Origin: Dimorphilus gyrociliatus
Lineage: Eukaryota; Animalia; Annelida
Direction of reading: 5' to 3'
Assembly (NCBI GenBank): GCA_904063045.1
Contig: CAJFCJ010000022.1
Location: forward strand, 1-64,000
DNA: 64,000 nt
Shown: positions 10,042-22,693 of the stretch, one piece after another
Position numbering within the stretch: the stretch's first letter is position 1
Layout: every line of letters starts with the position of its first letter
Position numbers and translations under genes: made by a program
The notes under the pieces: generated by a model
What the model saw: the letters and a program-made list of their open reading frames with translations, nothing else
Database searches by the model: none
What the model was told of the DNA's origin: nothing

Positions 10042-12409
10042 ATGGAGTCTACAGAGAATATTCAGAGCCCACCTGCAAAAGGCTGGGGTGCAGTTCCAAA
10101 AGCCCCAAATTGTTCATTTAAGGAGGTCATGAGCGAAGAGTTGGCGTTAGAATTGGAAAAAACTGCTATTAATTCTGCAACGTATGTATTAGTTTAAAAA
10201 AAACGAACAAACTAACAATAGCAGCAACAAAATTTCAATCATCAACATATGTTTTAATCTTTACTGTAGGAAAACTAAAATATGAATAATAATGAGTATT
10301 CAATTAAAGAAATCACTCTGGCGCACAATTATTTGCTATTTCCGTTTCCTTGGTTATTCCTCTCGAAAATTTTCTTCTAATTAGTACTACTCTGTAGGTT
10401 TTCTAAAAAATTTCCACGTTGCTGACTGACCAAATGGTATTTTACACATATATGCCAATAACAGTTAGTCACAGGATTTGTTAAATAAAAAAAACTCTGG
10501 CTGCCTAAAAACTCTAATACAAATCATTTTATTTAATCATTATTAACAAAGTGTTTTATTATATAAAGAAAAATTTGTGTGTTTACAATTTATTTTCATT
10601 TTAAAGGAATGAAAAGGACGACCTAGTTTGGATAGATTCGGAAAATAACGATACTACTAGTGATGAATTACTCGCAAGGCTTTTACAAAAGCAATTTGAC
10701 GATGAACAAAACGATATAATTTCGCGTCTGGACAACAAATATAATGGTCAAAGTAAAAGTAAGACTTGATAATAAACATTATCTAATTGATAAAATTGTC
10801 GCGAGCTATACTCTTATGCTAACAAATAAGATTGCGAAATTTAAGCTTCTTAACTGTTAATATCAATTTGAAAATAGCAAAGCTGAAATCGTGTATAAAA
10901 ATTTAATTATTTTCCGTAATTTTTAGTTACTATATCTCACGACAAATATAAAGTCAAAGTTGATGAATTAGATGATAGTTCTGATGACTATGAGGATTTT
11001 CCCTTGTGGCATGAAAAAGACAAAGTAGAACGGACTCCCCAATTTAATAAATCAGGAGTTAGCGGAAAGGGCACCAATATGATAACAAAACACGATGCTG
11101 ATTTGTGTGCAACGAAAAACGCAGCAAAGATGGATCATTTTCCCCCGGGAATGGGCATAGGAGACAGGACCGGAGTTAAATTACCAAATCACGTGTTTAA
11201 TAGCCTGAAAGTTCATTCAATGAGTGAAAATAAAAAAGCGAATCGATTACATGAGAAGAAAGAGCATTCGACAGCTGAAATGGCTGTAGATGAAAGAACT
11301 AGGCTTATTCTCTTTAAATTAGTCAATGCAGGGTGGCTGGAAGAGCTCCGCGGTTTGCTTAGCACTGGTAAAGAATCTGTTGTTTTACATGCTATTGGTG
11401 GCAAAATCGAGGAAACTGTAATACCATCCCAATGTGCTGTTAAGGTTTTCAAAACAACTTTAAGCGATTTTAAAAATAGAGCCATTTATGTCAAAGGCGA
11501 TGTTCGCTTTTTCAAAGATGAATTTAAAAAGCAAAACCCTAGAAAGATTCTTAAAATATGGGCAGATAAGGAAGCCGCTAATCTTAAGAGACTGGCACAT
11601 AACAACATTCCCTGTCCTTCATTTGTTACTTTGAAGAAACATGTACTAGTCATGTCTTTCATTGGTTCAGACGAAGGAGTTCCAGCTCCAACGCTTAAAG
11701 ATGCAAAATTAACGGGTTCCGATGCCGATTTGGCTTGGGAACAAGTTAGCAAATATTTAGAAATCATGTATCGCAATTGTAAAATAGTCCACGCCGATTT
11801 AAGTTCTTATAATTTACTTTGGAAAGACAAAACTGTCTTTGTCATTGACGTAGGCCAAGCCGTTGAAATTCTACATCCACTAGCCCATCAGTTCTTACTT
11901 AGAGATTGTCAGAATGTTATTAAGGTGAAAGCTGTTTACTTAGTCTTAAAGCTAATTTAAAGTGTTTCTTTTGTTAACAGTTTTTTAAAGGTTTAGGAGT
12001 AGACGATCTTCCGTCCCCTTATGAATTATTCAATGCAGTAACCGAATTAGATTTGAAAGGCGAAGGGGAAGAATTCCTTCAGCAAGTAAGTAATTTTGTG
12101 ACTTGTAATTGCTAGTATTTGCCAAAGTGTTACTTGTTTTTATCTTATTTGCATAATATCTTTTTGATATCGAGATAAGTGTAAGGGAAACAATTTTATC
12201 TACGGATTATATAAGATCTTAGCAGTCTAACTATATAGAAACATCTTTGAGTACTTCGACTTTTACAGTCTCTTCGTTTGATTGTCTTAAGTTTTCAATT
12301 ATGTTAACAGATTCAAGAGTATGAGAAGAGTGAAGAAAATCTACGATTAGGAGTTAGCAACAAAAATTTTGCCTTCGATTTCTTCTTCGATAAAGAAAAC
12401 AAATCATAA
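10042..12409 (+). CDS. RIOK3: Serine/threonine kinase RIO3
   Basis: RIO kinase domain (STGKESVV, AVKVFKT, IVHADLSSYNLL, VIDVGQAVE) plus the RIOK3-type N-terminus (CSFKEVMSEELA; DTTSDELLARLLQ). Exons 10042-10181, 10607-10758, 10927-11924, 11981-12085, 12311-12409. Confidence 0.92.
10345..10476 (+). ncRNA. Candidate intronic H/ACA snoRNA
   Basis: 3' hairpin with lower stem GACTGAC/GTTAGTC, internal pocket, upper stem TGGTAT/ATGCCA, then ACA + 3 nt (10471-10476); an A6 H-box-compatible run at ~10405. The 5' hairpin is poorly defined. Confidence 0.45.
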
Positions 12410-13209
12410 TTCATTAAGGCTTGTTTTTCATGTATAATGTAAAAAAATTATGTGTATTCTACGCTCTTTTAGTTATTAAACTACTCAAGTTTCATTAATA
12501 ATCTTAATCTATACTTGTTCTAATTAAAATATTTAAATTTTTGTTCGCCTAATCAATCAAAAGAAAAAAAGTGTTTTTGTTTTTTTTCTTGATTAAGTGT
12601 ATAATTAAAGAAATAAATAAGGGAGGAGCGTAAATAATTGATTGAATCAGTGTACTATTTAAAAGGTAATTAGCTGTTTATTTTTTACTACTTGGTTAAT
12701 GTATTGTTACGAATTCAATAATTTAATTAGGAGAGTTAATCGAATTTCATAAGACTTTTATAAGTGAAACCGTTTTATAATTGAAATTTATTATTTGCAT
12801 TCGAAATACAAAATACGTGAACACGGAATACTTTATTGCTATTTAATTACCATTTGATTAAAAATCAACATTATGAAAGGGCACATAATGAGAGAAAGAC
12901 TAGTTTGTTCACCCCGAATCCGACCTAGTACTTTTCAGTTCTAAAAAATTCGAAATTAGTTTCCATATTTCCTTCTAAGAGATTTGCTGTTATCATTCGG
13001 CCCAACATCAGAAAACTGGGCAAACCCATAGTTTGACCAACACCTTAAGAATCATAAACATTCAGTAAGTGCAAGCGCCTAACGTGAACATCAACAAATT
13101 ATACAATTCGATCAAAATTAATAAAATTGAAAGAAAGACAAAACAAAGGCATAGTTTACTTTAAGCAATTATAAAATTACACTAGTGAAAACTACACGAA
13201 TGCCATAAA

Positions 13210-13965
13210 TTACAAGTCCACAACATTCTTGGCTCCTCTTAAAACATCAAATCCCAAGTATTTAGTCAATACCGCAAAATGCTGTCTGATATGCTCATGC
13301 ATCTTGTGCACGTTTGGCATAGATGTCCTGCAAAGGGGACATTCATACCGTTTGTTTAACATGTGTAAACGACGTACATGAACATGAACACTTTTATTCC
13401 GGTCCGAAGAGAAATCACACACTGTACATCTGTATTTCTTTCCGGTTTCATAGTGCCGTATATAAGCCTTGCAGTTAGATCCGATATTATCAAAATGGCG
13501 GTCGTAAAGATGATGCTGCATAGCTTGAGCGTTCAAAGACAAATTACAGATTTTACAGTCAACTTGCTCATTGGGACCAAATTTTTGAACATCCACTGAC
13601 GATGTCATGTTCCGACGTTTCTTTTTTTTCGCCACGTCCCTTTCAACACCATCATATTCCGCATTTAAATCCACAGAAACATACTGTTCTCCATTATAGA
13701 TTTTAACGAGCCCGCATAGTTTTCCACGGCGATCACCAACGTAATGTTTACGAATAAAATCACCAACATTCGATTTAAGACAACCTGACGTTCTTGGCGG
13801 GATTTCACTTGTTCTGGCGTAGTCGGCATTCAGTTCGAAACATTTTTCATTCTCCATATCAAATCTAATACATAGGCTACCTTCTATTCGCTCAAATGGA
13901 GCACCGAAAGATTTCAATTGGTTTATGACAAATTCATTAAGCTTCTCGGTAAAGTAATCATCCAT
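13210..13965 (-). CDS. C2H2 zinc-finger protein (3 fingers, 251 aa, single exon)
   Basis: CKIC..HLYDRH, CTVC..HVRRLH and CPLC..HIRQH fingers preceded by a basic KKKRR cluster; the N-terminal half is unrecognised. Confidence 0.8.
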   Translation of the reverse strand: MDDYFTEKLNEFVINQLKSFGAPFERIEGSLCIRFDMENEKCFELNADYARTSEIPPRTSGCLKSNVGDFIRKHYVGDRRGKLCGLVKIYNGEQYVSVDLNAEYDGVERDVAKKKKRRNMTSSVDVQKFGPNEQVDCKICNLSLNAQAMQHHLYDRHFDNIGSNCKAYIRHYETGKKYRCTVCDFSSDRNKSVHVHVRRLHMLNKRYECPLCRTSMPNVHKMHEHIRQHFAVLTKYLGFDVLRGAKNVVDL

Positions 13966-14175
13966 CGCGAAGATTTATGGAAGAAAATAGGAAGAACCTT
14001 CAGTGCCTGTTCTTGGTAGCAGACGCGAAATACACTCTACGTTGATTGCTCGACTATTGTTGTATTACACCCTTTGATTGGTTGACAACTTTGAATTAAT
14101 TATTTGTTATAGAAGCGCCGATTGGATGACATAGTATTAATATTTACACATAACTTTGAGATTTATTTCGTAACT

Positions 14176-14840
14176 TTATTTGAATAATTTAAGTCCTTTA
14201 AAATTTTTTTCAATTAAAGATTTCGGATAAGGTTTCGTAACTAGACTAGTGGGTATATTTTCAGGTTGTTCAATCCACAATTTGTGATCCACTTCGGCTT
14301 CGGTTAGTCGGCTAGCTAATTCGTGAAGAGATTTTTCATCTTTAATCTGTTTGAAAATTAAAGGAATCAAAAGTAGTAGATAAGAGTTAATTTTATGAAT
14401 GTAATATTTATATAATTAAATTTAGAGTTTTAGTACGTGTATCTTTTCTTTTAAATATCGATCAGATGCAGTAATTAAATATTTTGACTGTTTTTATTAT
14501 TTTAAAATAGTCTTAATTTTTTTGTTGAGTGAAAATAAATAAAAAGAGAAATTTTAACAAATAAATATTTTTTGTGCTGATATTGAGCTTTTTCTCAAAA
14601 TATACTGTTTTTTTACGAAAATTCTTGAGAAAATATCGGTAAAAAACTTACTTCCAAAACGACTTTATGCATTCTATCCAAGTCAGCCAAGTAATTCTTT
14701 GTATGTTCATCGCTATAAAATGTATGAATTACTGCCGAACAAGCATGACAAGCTTGAGCAATCACGGCACCAATTGGCCACTTTAAAGAGGATATTAAGT
14801 CTTTTCTAACGACGACGTATTGAACTATGGGGGCAGCCAT
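14176..14840 (-). CDS. PTRHD1: Putative peptidyl-tRNA hydrolase PTRHD1 (PTH2 family)
   Basis: VQYVVVRKDL..WPIGAVIAQACHA..MHKVVLE | IKDE..HKLWIEQPENIPT..KPYPK; exons 14840-14652 and 14346-14176 with GTAAGT donor. Confidence 0.93.
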
Positions 14841-14900
14841 GTTAAGTAGCAGCGCAATACTTCTTTTCGTCTAAGACAACAGTTTTAGAGTATTTTAAAA

Positions 14901-15931
14901 ATGGCAAAGTAATACTCAAAAAAAAGCCGTCATTTTGAAATTTTTAATTTAGCAGATTCTGAAAAAGCCAATCTTAGCAGAAGAAATGAGGATAAACTGA
15001 AAACATAATTTATTTGTATGATAACTTATATCATTCAAATTTAAATATTGTAAACTTTATTGAATAACCAGGTTGGTGGTTTATTTTGTCAGTTGTCTGG
15101 ATAATATACAAATAAAAATCCATTTTATTACGCAATTCTGATTTACATTTCTAATTAATCAACTTACGAAATAGCGTGGATATACAAGAAGAAACAGGAG
15201 AGGGGGGATTACCCTGTCGAATGAGAACGTTATCACTTGAAGAGGAAGAAGACTTTTCGATGAGACGTTCGACAAAGAGAGAGCAATCCGAAGTGGAAGA
15301 AACCTCTGCAAAAAAAGCAAGAGTTGATGTTATGGATCGATGGAGTTCAAAACGATGTTCCGACTGGTTTGAGAGCCAATCAAATTACAAGGACATTATG
15401 GAACCTGAGGATGTTCTGCAGCTCTGTGTTGACTTGAAAGTTGAACCGGAAAATGTTGTCATGTTGGTGCTCTCCTGGAAGCTGGCGGCTGAAAAATGCG
15501 GCTTCTTTACAAAAGATCAATGGATGAAAGGGATGAAGAGTTTAGAGTGTGATTCTATTGAAAAACTGCGAAAAATTCTTCCATCGCTTGAGCGATATCT
15601 TACAAATTATGCCACGTTCAAACAGATTTACAGATACGCATTCGACTGGAGTAAAGAGTCAGCTGAAAGATACTTAGATTTGGAAACAACAAAAGGATTG
15701 CTTCGGATTCTTTTGGGGCCCTCATGGCGTTTGACAGGAACGTTTTGCTTATTCTTAGAAAGAATGGCTGAGACAGATCGTTACAGATCAATTAATCGAG
15801 ACCAATGGTATAGCATTTTAGAAATGGCAAAAACTGTAGGTTCAGATTTAGATACATATGATATAAATGGAGCATGGCCAGTACTGTTGGATGAATTTGT
15901 GTTGTGGTTTAGAGAAAACTATTCATGTTAA
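14901..15931 (+). CDS. DCUN1D4/5: DCN1-like protein, DCUN1D4/5 group (cullin neddylation)
   Basis: VEPENVVMLVLSWKL, FTKDQWMKGM, YRYAFD and WPVLLDEFV motifs. The ORF begins at an acceptor (15174); a likely 8-nt first coding exon ATGGCAAA|GTAATA at 14901-14908 restores the frame (start less certain). Confidence 0.88.
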
Positions 15932-16010
15932 GAGAAAACGCAAAGACAGCAAAACTAGAAAAAAGAAATGTATATGTGTATACATGTATAAATGTGTTGT
16001 TGAATTGAAA

Positions 16011-16013
<3 letters not shown>

Positions 16014-16049
<36 letters not shown>
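16014..16049. repeat. (TA)n microsatellite
   Basis: About 18 TA units downstream of the DCUN1D stop. Confidence 0.95.
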
Positions 16050-16052
<3 letters not shown>

Positions 16053-16590
16053 TAACTATATAATCCATTAAATTTTCACACAATACCTTTCCAGTATCGA
16101 AAAAAAAGCAAAGAAACAAAGAAACAAACATAAACAATTTCTTTTTAAAAAAGAAAAAGAGATGTCTCTTCATCTTCTTTTAATTTCAAGAATGTTACTT
16201 ACACATGCATTTTCTTTCAGTTAAATGCATAATTTTGTCTGTTACATTGTTTTTCTTTTTGTAAATTATAAATATTTATAATTATAATGTTTATTATATT
16301 TCTGTATAAATAAGGACAAACGGAAAGAGAATTAATATAAATTATTGAAAGTTTCGATAAACATTTAATGTTGCTATAAAGACCTTTCTCCAATAAAATT
16401 TGCTCATTCTAACTTTGAGCTGAAACTTTTTTGTTGAGAGATAACTGGTATTTATTTTACTACAAGGAAATCAATTGCGTGAGTAATATTCCGCTTTTGA
16501 AATATTGTGAAATATTGTCCAGTTGACTTATATACATAATCGTTGAATTATCTTACGAACAGATCGTCAAAAGACGAACGAACTACCATT

Positions 16591-17451
16591 ATGGATAAAC
16601 AAACTGAGCTAGATTCCTTAACGCCACATCCCTTATCTAATGATATTAAGACGGCTTGGAGGGAATTTCAAAAAACCAAGAAATGTATAAAGCTTGATAA
16701 AAAGGAAGTTTTTGACATCAAGCATATTCGAAGGTACAATAAATTACGTGTAGTTTGTATTTCTGATACTCATAGTCAACATCACAAAATGAAAATACCG
16801 GATGGAGATGTTCTTATTCATGCTGGAGATTTTACAAGACAAGGAGGAATTCAGGAAGTGCAGGATTTTAATGAATTTTTAGGCAAATTACCTCATAAAC
16901 ATAAGATTGTTATACCTGGAAATCATGAATTGTCCTTCGACCCACCGATTGATCGCCTAGGAGAAAACAAAACCAATAGCGATTTAAAAAGATTAAATAT
17001 TAGCCATCCTCGAGAACTTATTACTAATGGAACTTGTCTAATTGATGAGGAAGTTGTTATCAATGGAGTCAAAATTTATGGATCACCCTGGCAGCCAGAA
17101 TTTTGCTCTTGGGCCTATAATCTGGATAGAGGTGAACCTCTTTTAAATAAATGGAAAAAGATACCTGTTGATACTGATATCCTAATTACTCATGGACCTC
17201 CAATGGGGCACGGTGATAAAATTCAATATAATTTTCATGTTGGCTGTGTTGATCTACTATCGGTCATAGAATGTATAAGACCCCGCTTTCATATATTTGG
17301 TCATATTCACGAAGACTATGGTATTACAACAGATGAGAATACTATTTTTATCAACGCGTCGTCCTGTAATCTTCGATATAAACCTATAAACCCTGCGATT
17401 ATATTCGAAATAGAGAAGAAAAAGAGAGAAGAACTCGAGGTGGACGATTAG
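16591..17451 (+). CDS. MPPED1/2: Metallophosphoesterase domain-containing protein (MPPED1/2 family)
   Basis: ISDTH, HAGDFT, PGNHE, THGPP and GHIHE metal motifs intact, plus GSPWQPEF; single exon, first ATG at 16591. Confidence 0.9.
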   Translation: MDKQTELDSLTPHPLSNDIKTAWREFQKTKKCIKLDKKEVFDIKHIRRYNKLRVVCISDTHSQHHKMKIPDGDVLIHAGDFTRQGGIQEVQDFNEFLGKLPHKHKIVIPGNHELSFDPPIDRLGENKTNSDLKRLNISHPRELITNGTCLIDEEVVINGVKIYGSPWQPEFCSWAYNLDRGEPLLNKWKKIPVDTDILITHGPPMGHGDKIQYNFHVGCVDLLSVIECIRPRFHIFGHIHEDYGITTDENTIFINASSCNLRYKPINPAIIFEIEKKKREELEVDD

Positions 17452-17695
17452 AATATTTTTTATTTTGCCCATCCCAGAATTAAATTCTGGCAGTATTGTA
17501 TGTCCTACTGATAATTTTTATGTTGTCAGATGATTAGTTCAAGAGATCGAGTTTTCATTTTTACAATGGAAACAGATCAGATGTTTTTACTAATAGAATG
17601 AGTACAAAATTATAAATTTATCATATTGTATCGATATAAAGGCATATAACACAGAAAAACAAACAAGATTTCGTAATGATTTCTTCATATTAAAT

Positions 17696-18182
17696 TTACT
17701 TTTTCTTTTTTCCCTTCAATTGTTTCTTTTTCATCTTTCTCTCTACCCTATTCCTATTTTTTCTTAAACGTTTAATCTTCCTTTGGTTCATCCATACAGG
17801 ATATTGTCCATTTTCATCCATATTTGGTTTCTTTTCTTTACCCGATGTATCTATTTGCATGACTTCTTCATCGCTGGACTCCTCAACGTCTTTCATTTCT
17901 ACAACCTAAAAACAGAATATATTTATATCATTACAGTATTATTAAAATATGCTTGCTTTTTATTAATATAGACAACTAAATGATTTTCTCAAATTATTTT
18001 CTTCAGATAATTTTATTGACTTCTACGTCTTAAGTTACCTTAGTAGACTGTTGCTTGATTAGATTCTCCTCTCCTCTTTTTACAGCTTCCAAAAGTCTCT
18101 TTTTATGAACCTTATCATTCCATCGTTCACGTTTTACAGCTCTATGCTTTCGTTTAATTTTGCTTCTCATAGATTTTGCCAT
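17696..18182 (-). CDS. LLPH: Protein LLP homolog
   Basis: MAKSMRSKIKRKHRAVKR N-terminus and GQYPVWMNQR motif with Lys-rich tail; exons 18182-18039 and 17905-17696. Confidence 0.92.
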
Positions 18183-19035
18183 TTTCTCTACACGCGGTTT
18201 TCAATTATTATAGCCTTTATTATCGCTCGCGAAAAGGCTGGATCAGCAACTCCATCTCTTGGCTATATTTCATAAACAAGTTTTTACAAATGGCATATCT
18301 TTTAGAGTTTGTCAATATACTAATGTTATAATATTAGTAAATTTTCGTAAATAATTATTCATTATATTCAGCACGAGTTCAGTTGATTTTTTTAAAGGTA
18401 ATGTTATTTATTCTTTATTTTATTTGAGCGATATTGAGAAGACTGAGGATATTACATAAACATTAAGCCTTTTTTCGATTTATGTATATAAAGGCATAAG
18501 AGGAACCGATGTAATCTAGAAGTATTTTAATGGGTATAAGATTTTGTAAAGAAAATCATTTAATCAAAGTATAATGACTTGAAAGAAGCGATAAATAAGT
18601 CACTTGACTGCCATTTTGATAAAGTAACGCCACCTACATTTATGATCGAAGTGATTATTTCGCCAAAATTAAATAAAATTCCAAAAAGAAACCTTCTAAA
18701 TAATATATTAGAAACTAAGATTAGTTCAAGACAAATAATAAAATAATCTGCACTCGATCATACTGGTCAAGCAGCAAGAAATCTTACGCTTTTGGATTAT
18801 TATATAGAAAACCATTTCAGGTGGGGATTATGATTTTATCAAAAATAAAAACACTAATATTTATTGATGTTAAATGAAGGTAATTCCAAGTTCGAAGGTT
18901 TTTGTGGAGTAACGGTGTCGGAAAGATTGTAAGTGAATGAAAAACGATCAGAAATTTTTTATTTAAACCAAAAAATTTTACAATTAAACATTGCAATTTT
19001 TATTTTGTACAGCACAGAACAGTAAATAGAATAAG

Positions 19036-19734
19036 ATGAACGTCAAAGGTGATAAACAAAAGGTAAAGAAAGGAGGTGGATATGCCTTTTTTTACAGAAC
19101 ATGCACAGAGGATTATAAAAAGAAGAACCCTCACGAATCTGTTGTGTTTGCTGAATTTTCCAAGAAATGTACTGAGAAATGGAAGGTTAGAAAATTTTTC
19201 TCTATGCTTACTTATAATTTAATTAATAAATAAAAATTTACAACTTATATAGGGCATAAGTCAACAACAGAAGTATCTATTTGACGAGATGGCCCAAAAA
19301 AATCATAGGACTGATAGAGAGGAATCACCAACTAAGATGGATGACGCTGGAAAGGGAAAGCGAAAGAAAAAAGCTAAAGATCCGAATGCCCCTAAGCGTT
19401 ACATGTCAGCATTTTTGTGTTTTTGTGCCGAGAAGAAGGATTCCATACGTAGCCAATTTCCTAACATAACCCCAATGGAGATAGCAAAAGAGCTTTCAGT
19501 TAAATGGGAGGCCTGTGATGACTTGTCACACTATGAAGAAATGTCTAGAAAGGATAAAGAACGTTACGAAAAGGTAATCAAATAGCAATTTTCAATCTAT
19601 GTTTTCATCTAATCATGTAAATTTCCTTGTAGGAGATGGCTGCCTATAAACTAGGACAGAGTACTGAGGCTGAAGGGCAACCAAGGAAAAAATTAAAGAT
19701 CGACCCTCTAGATTCTCTTCTTAGTAGTAATTGA
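19036..19734 (+). CDS. Two-box HMGB/DSP1-like protein without acidic tail
   Basis: Box [24 protein letters not shown] and box [28 protein letters not shown]; exons 19036-19185, 19253-19573, 19633-19734. Confidence 0.88.
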
Positions 19735-20092
19735 TAAAAAAATTCAAAGAATAAAATTATCTTTCTAGCACTGGGCTTTTATCTTTTTTCTCAAGAGAAA
19801 CAGGAAGAATAAAGAACTAAAGATTAAAGAAAAAAAAATCTAAATGCTATTAAAGAACTTGTTACAATGCCATGTGTTAACGAAGAATTTTACCCAAAGA
19901 AGGATTTGTCCGATAAAAGAATTGATAGAAAAAATGGTTTTCTTTGATTTTTGAACTTGTGGCCTTAAACGTTTAACCTTTTTTTATTGAGTTGTCATAC
20001 GAAGATTTATATACAATTTATAAATTGATGATTTTTTAGTTATTTTCTTACTACTAGATAACTTAGACTAAGGGAAAGAATATTTTATAAAG

Positions 20093-20276
20093 CTATCGCC
20101 ATCTATAGGCAAGAATAATGCATGCAATACTGCTAGTGTACACCAGCAGAATGGCCTGGTAAATGCTGCATATAACTAGAAAGATCTGCGCTGTTTTCGG
20201 GGATTGTCCGATGGCGTAATGAAAAATCAGCCAATACGAAATAGATGAGTTAAACCAGTTCGCCTGAGGACGTCCC
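20093..20276 (-). other. Possible terminal coding exon of an unidentified membrane protein
   Basis: GC-richer island whose minus frame is open (GRPQANWFNSSISYWLIFHYAIGQSPKTAQIFLVICSIYQAILLVYTSSIACIILAYRWR*) with hydrophobic helices; upstream exons could not be joined. Confidence 0.3.
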
Positions 20277-22380
20277 CTTTTACAATACAATTTTTAAAAA
20301 ACTGAATTACGTATACTTTTTTTTATTACATAACCATATATTTAAATGTAAAAATGTCTTATTATACATTAATAGAAGAAATATTCTTCTCTTCTCCAAC
20401 TAGAGACATCTAGTTGTAGGTCAAATAGTCCAGTATTGGATCTTAAACGAAGCACTAAATTGGTTCTATGGCAAGGAAAGAAAAATTAGATAAATTTTGT
20501 AGATAATTAGATTTATCAGCTACTCTTTTTGTTACCATAATGCGACTTTTATTAAAGAAATTTACTTTCCAACAATTCAATACATTGTTCCTCTCCTCTT
20601 GTAAATAAATTCATTAGGTTACTATTATTCATTCAAGCATTCTATTTCACTTTTCCTCCTCCTAACCAATAATCTTTATGTTACTCGCACATTATAGTGA
20701 AATGATGATATCTTGTATCAACTACTACTCCTTTCTATTTCTGTACCTTGATCAAGGCATTTGTTGCTGATCAAACAATTTTTAGTACAAACACTTTTCG
20801 CAAAACAGGATGTATTAATGACTTATAAATAATAATATATAAAGTTCTACAATAGAATGTTTGCGTAAGAGATGGATATTCCATTGGAAACAACCTCTAT
20901 TTGTCTAAGAAACGAGACGATAATGGCGTTCGTGTCTGATAATAGTATGACATTTTTTTCCCTAACTATAAATCCTTCCTTATTTGTTTACGTACGATAA
21001 AAATCGAAATATTAAAAAGTCTTCAGGGCTGTCAATAGCTTCATCGATAAATTATAACGTGGATAGACTTCATCTGATATTCGATTCCTCGAGTTTAGTC
21101 ATGCCTGAATATTAGCTGTTGCAATTTGTATTTGCTCGAGCAGCTAGTCAAATAGACAGGGAAAAGGATAGAAAGGGAAAATCTTCTATTTAGTGCATGG
21201 GAATGTTTGACACAATAATTAAATGTGAAGATATTTTTTCTTTATAGACACTAAAAAACAGAGTAATCTTTAGTCGTGTCAAAGGTGTATTGAGTCGTTA
21301 AGGGTAATGCAAAAATATAAATTGATTCCTTGTCTGAGCAACGACACTTTCCATAAATCCATCCTTTTCTCCCTCCCTCTCTCTCTCTTTCTTTCTTTTA
21401 ATTGAAACTATTGAATAATAATAATAGAACAGGAACAAAATTAATATACTATACTATCTTATCAGTTCGAGAGTCGCAGTTGTAAGTAGAATGTCGTCTC
21501 ATTTCCGAAACCAGCGTGGAATGCATTCTTTCTATCAATCATCTTGATAATTAGCACTGGCACAGTATGGAAGCCAATTGATAATTAGGGAGAAAATTAC
21601 TCTAAACCTACTCAATCAACTCTCTGGTTGCGCTTATTGAAATTCCGCCCGAGATGACGTTATTACTTCAGGACATCATGATTTTCGCAATAAATTAATA
21701 TAAAAGTCAAAGAGAATTTACAATTTTATACATTAAACGATTTGGAGACTTTTATCTTCTCAGGCGAGTCACCTTGACCGAATGGGGTCAAGACAATAAG
21801 CGACTAAATTTTATTTGTCCAATTAGTATGCATACCGTTTATGTTATCATATCACATTAAATATGTTAGGAGTAAAAAAAAACACATTTGGTATTTTTGA
21901 TAGAAATTAGCCTTATTTTATTTATTTTCGTTTTTTTTAACATTAAAAACAGGTTATATAAATTAATTATTTATACTGTTGAATATTCATCATATTGTTT
22001 CTTTTATGAGATTGAAAAATGTATAGGTTATAGCTGTAATAGTCTGTACTCTTCCTAACGAAGGGTACATTAATAATGAAGCATAACAACTGTCGAACGT
22101 CTTCTTATAACTGAATTATAAACCAATCGAGGGAAAGCTTTAACAGAACACGTAGAAGTCTAATTTAAATGAAAACTATTGAGAGGAAAAAATATTACTA
22201 ACTATACAAAAACGATCGAAAAACAGTAGATTTTTTTCTTTTTCCAGTAAAAACTAAATGACCAATAGAACATGCACTACAACGTGATCTGGGTATAAAA
22301 AAAGCAATATAGTTGGATTGAGAATAAATGAGTGGCGCACTACTGCAGTTTTACTTTTTGTGCAGAGAGTGAGAGCCACG

Positions 22381-22418
<38 letters not shown>

Positions 22419-22530
22419 AGGAAAGAAAAAAGAGAGAGAAAAAAGAAAAGAACAGAGAGGGAGACAGACAGAGTGAATGAGTGAAAGATTTAGATAGATA
22501 GAGAAAGAGTTAGAGGAAAGAGAAAGTGAG
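22381..22530. repeat. (GA)n-rich low-complexity tract
   Basis: Long GAGAGA runs mixed with GAAA/GACA units; explains spurious ORF 22254-22535. Confidence 0.9.
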
Positions 22531-22693
22531 CACATTGCAGTTGCAATGTAATTTTCAAACGCAGCAACGCCTTTAATTCTTTAAATCATAAGGAACTCAA
22601 AGAATATATTGACTATTGGAACTGACATTTCATATCGCAATCTTCCAGTTTATCCTTGTTTTGTATTTTTATTTTCTCGAATAGAATACTGCA

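Noticed and set aside
12850-13100. Slightly GC-richer stretch between RIOK3 and the C2H2 gene
   Set aside because: All frames are short, and no convincing exon chain or RNA motif was found.
18570-18810. ~60-codon open frame upstream of HMGB
   Set aside because: No start or homology; likely lies in an HMGB 5'UTR intron.
21770-21792. CTTGACC..GGTCAAG inverted repeat resembling a nuclear-receptor ER6 element
   Set aside because: A 7-bp stem is expected by chance; there is no supporting context.
22254-22535. 93-aa S/L-rich ORF
   Set aside because: Translation of a (GA)n microsatellite.
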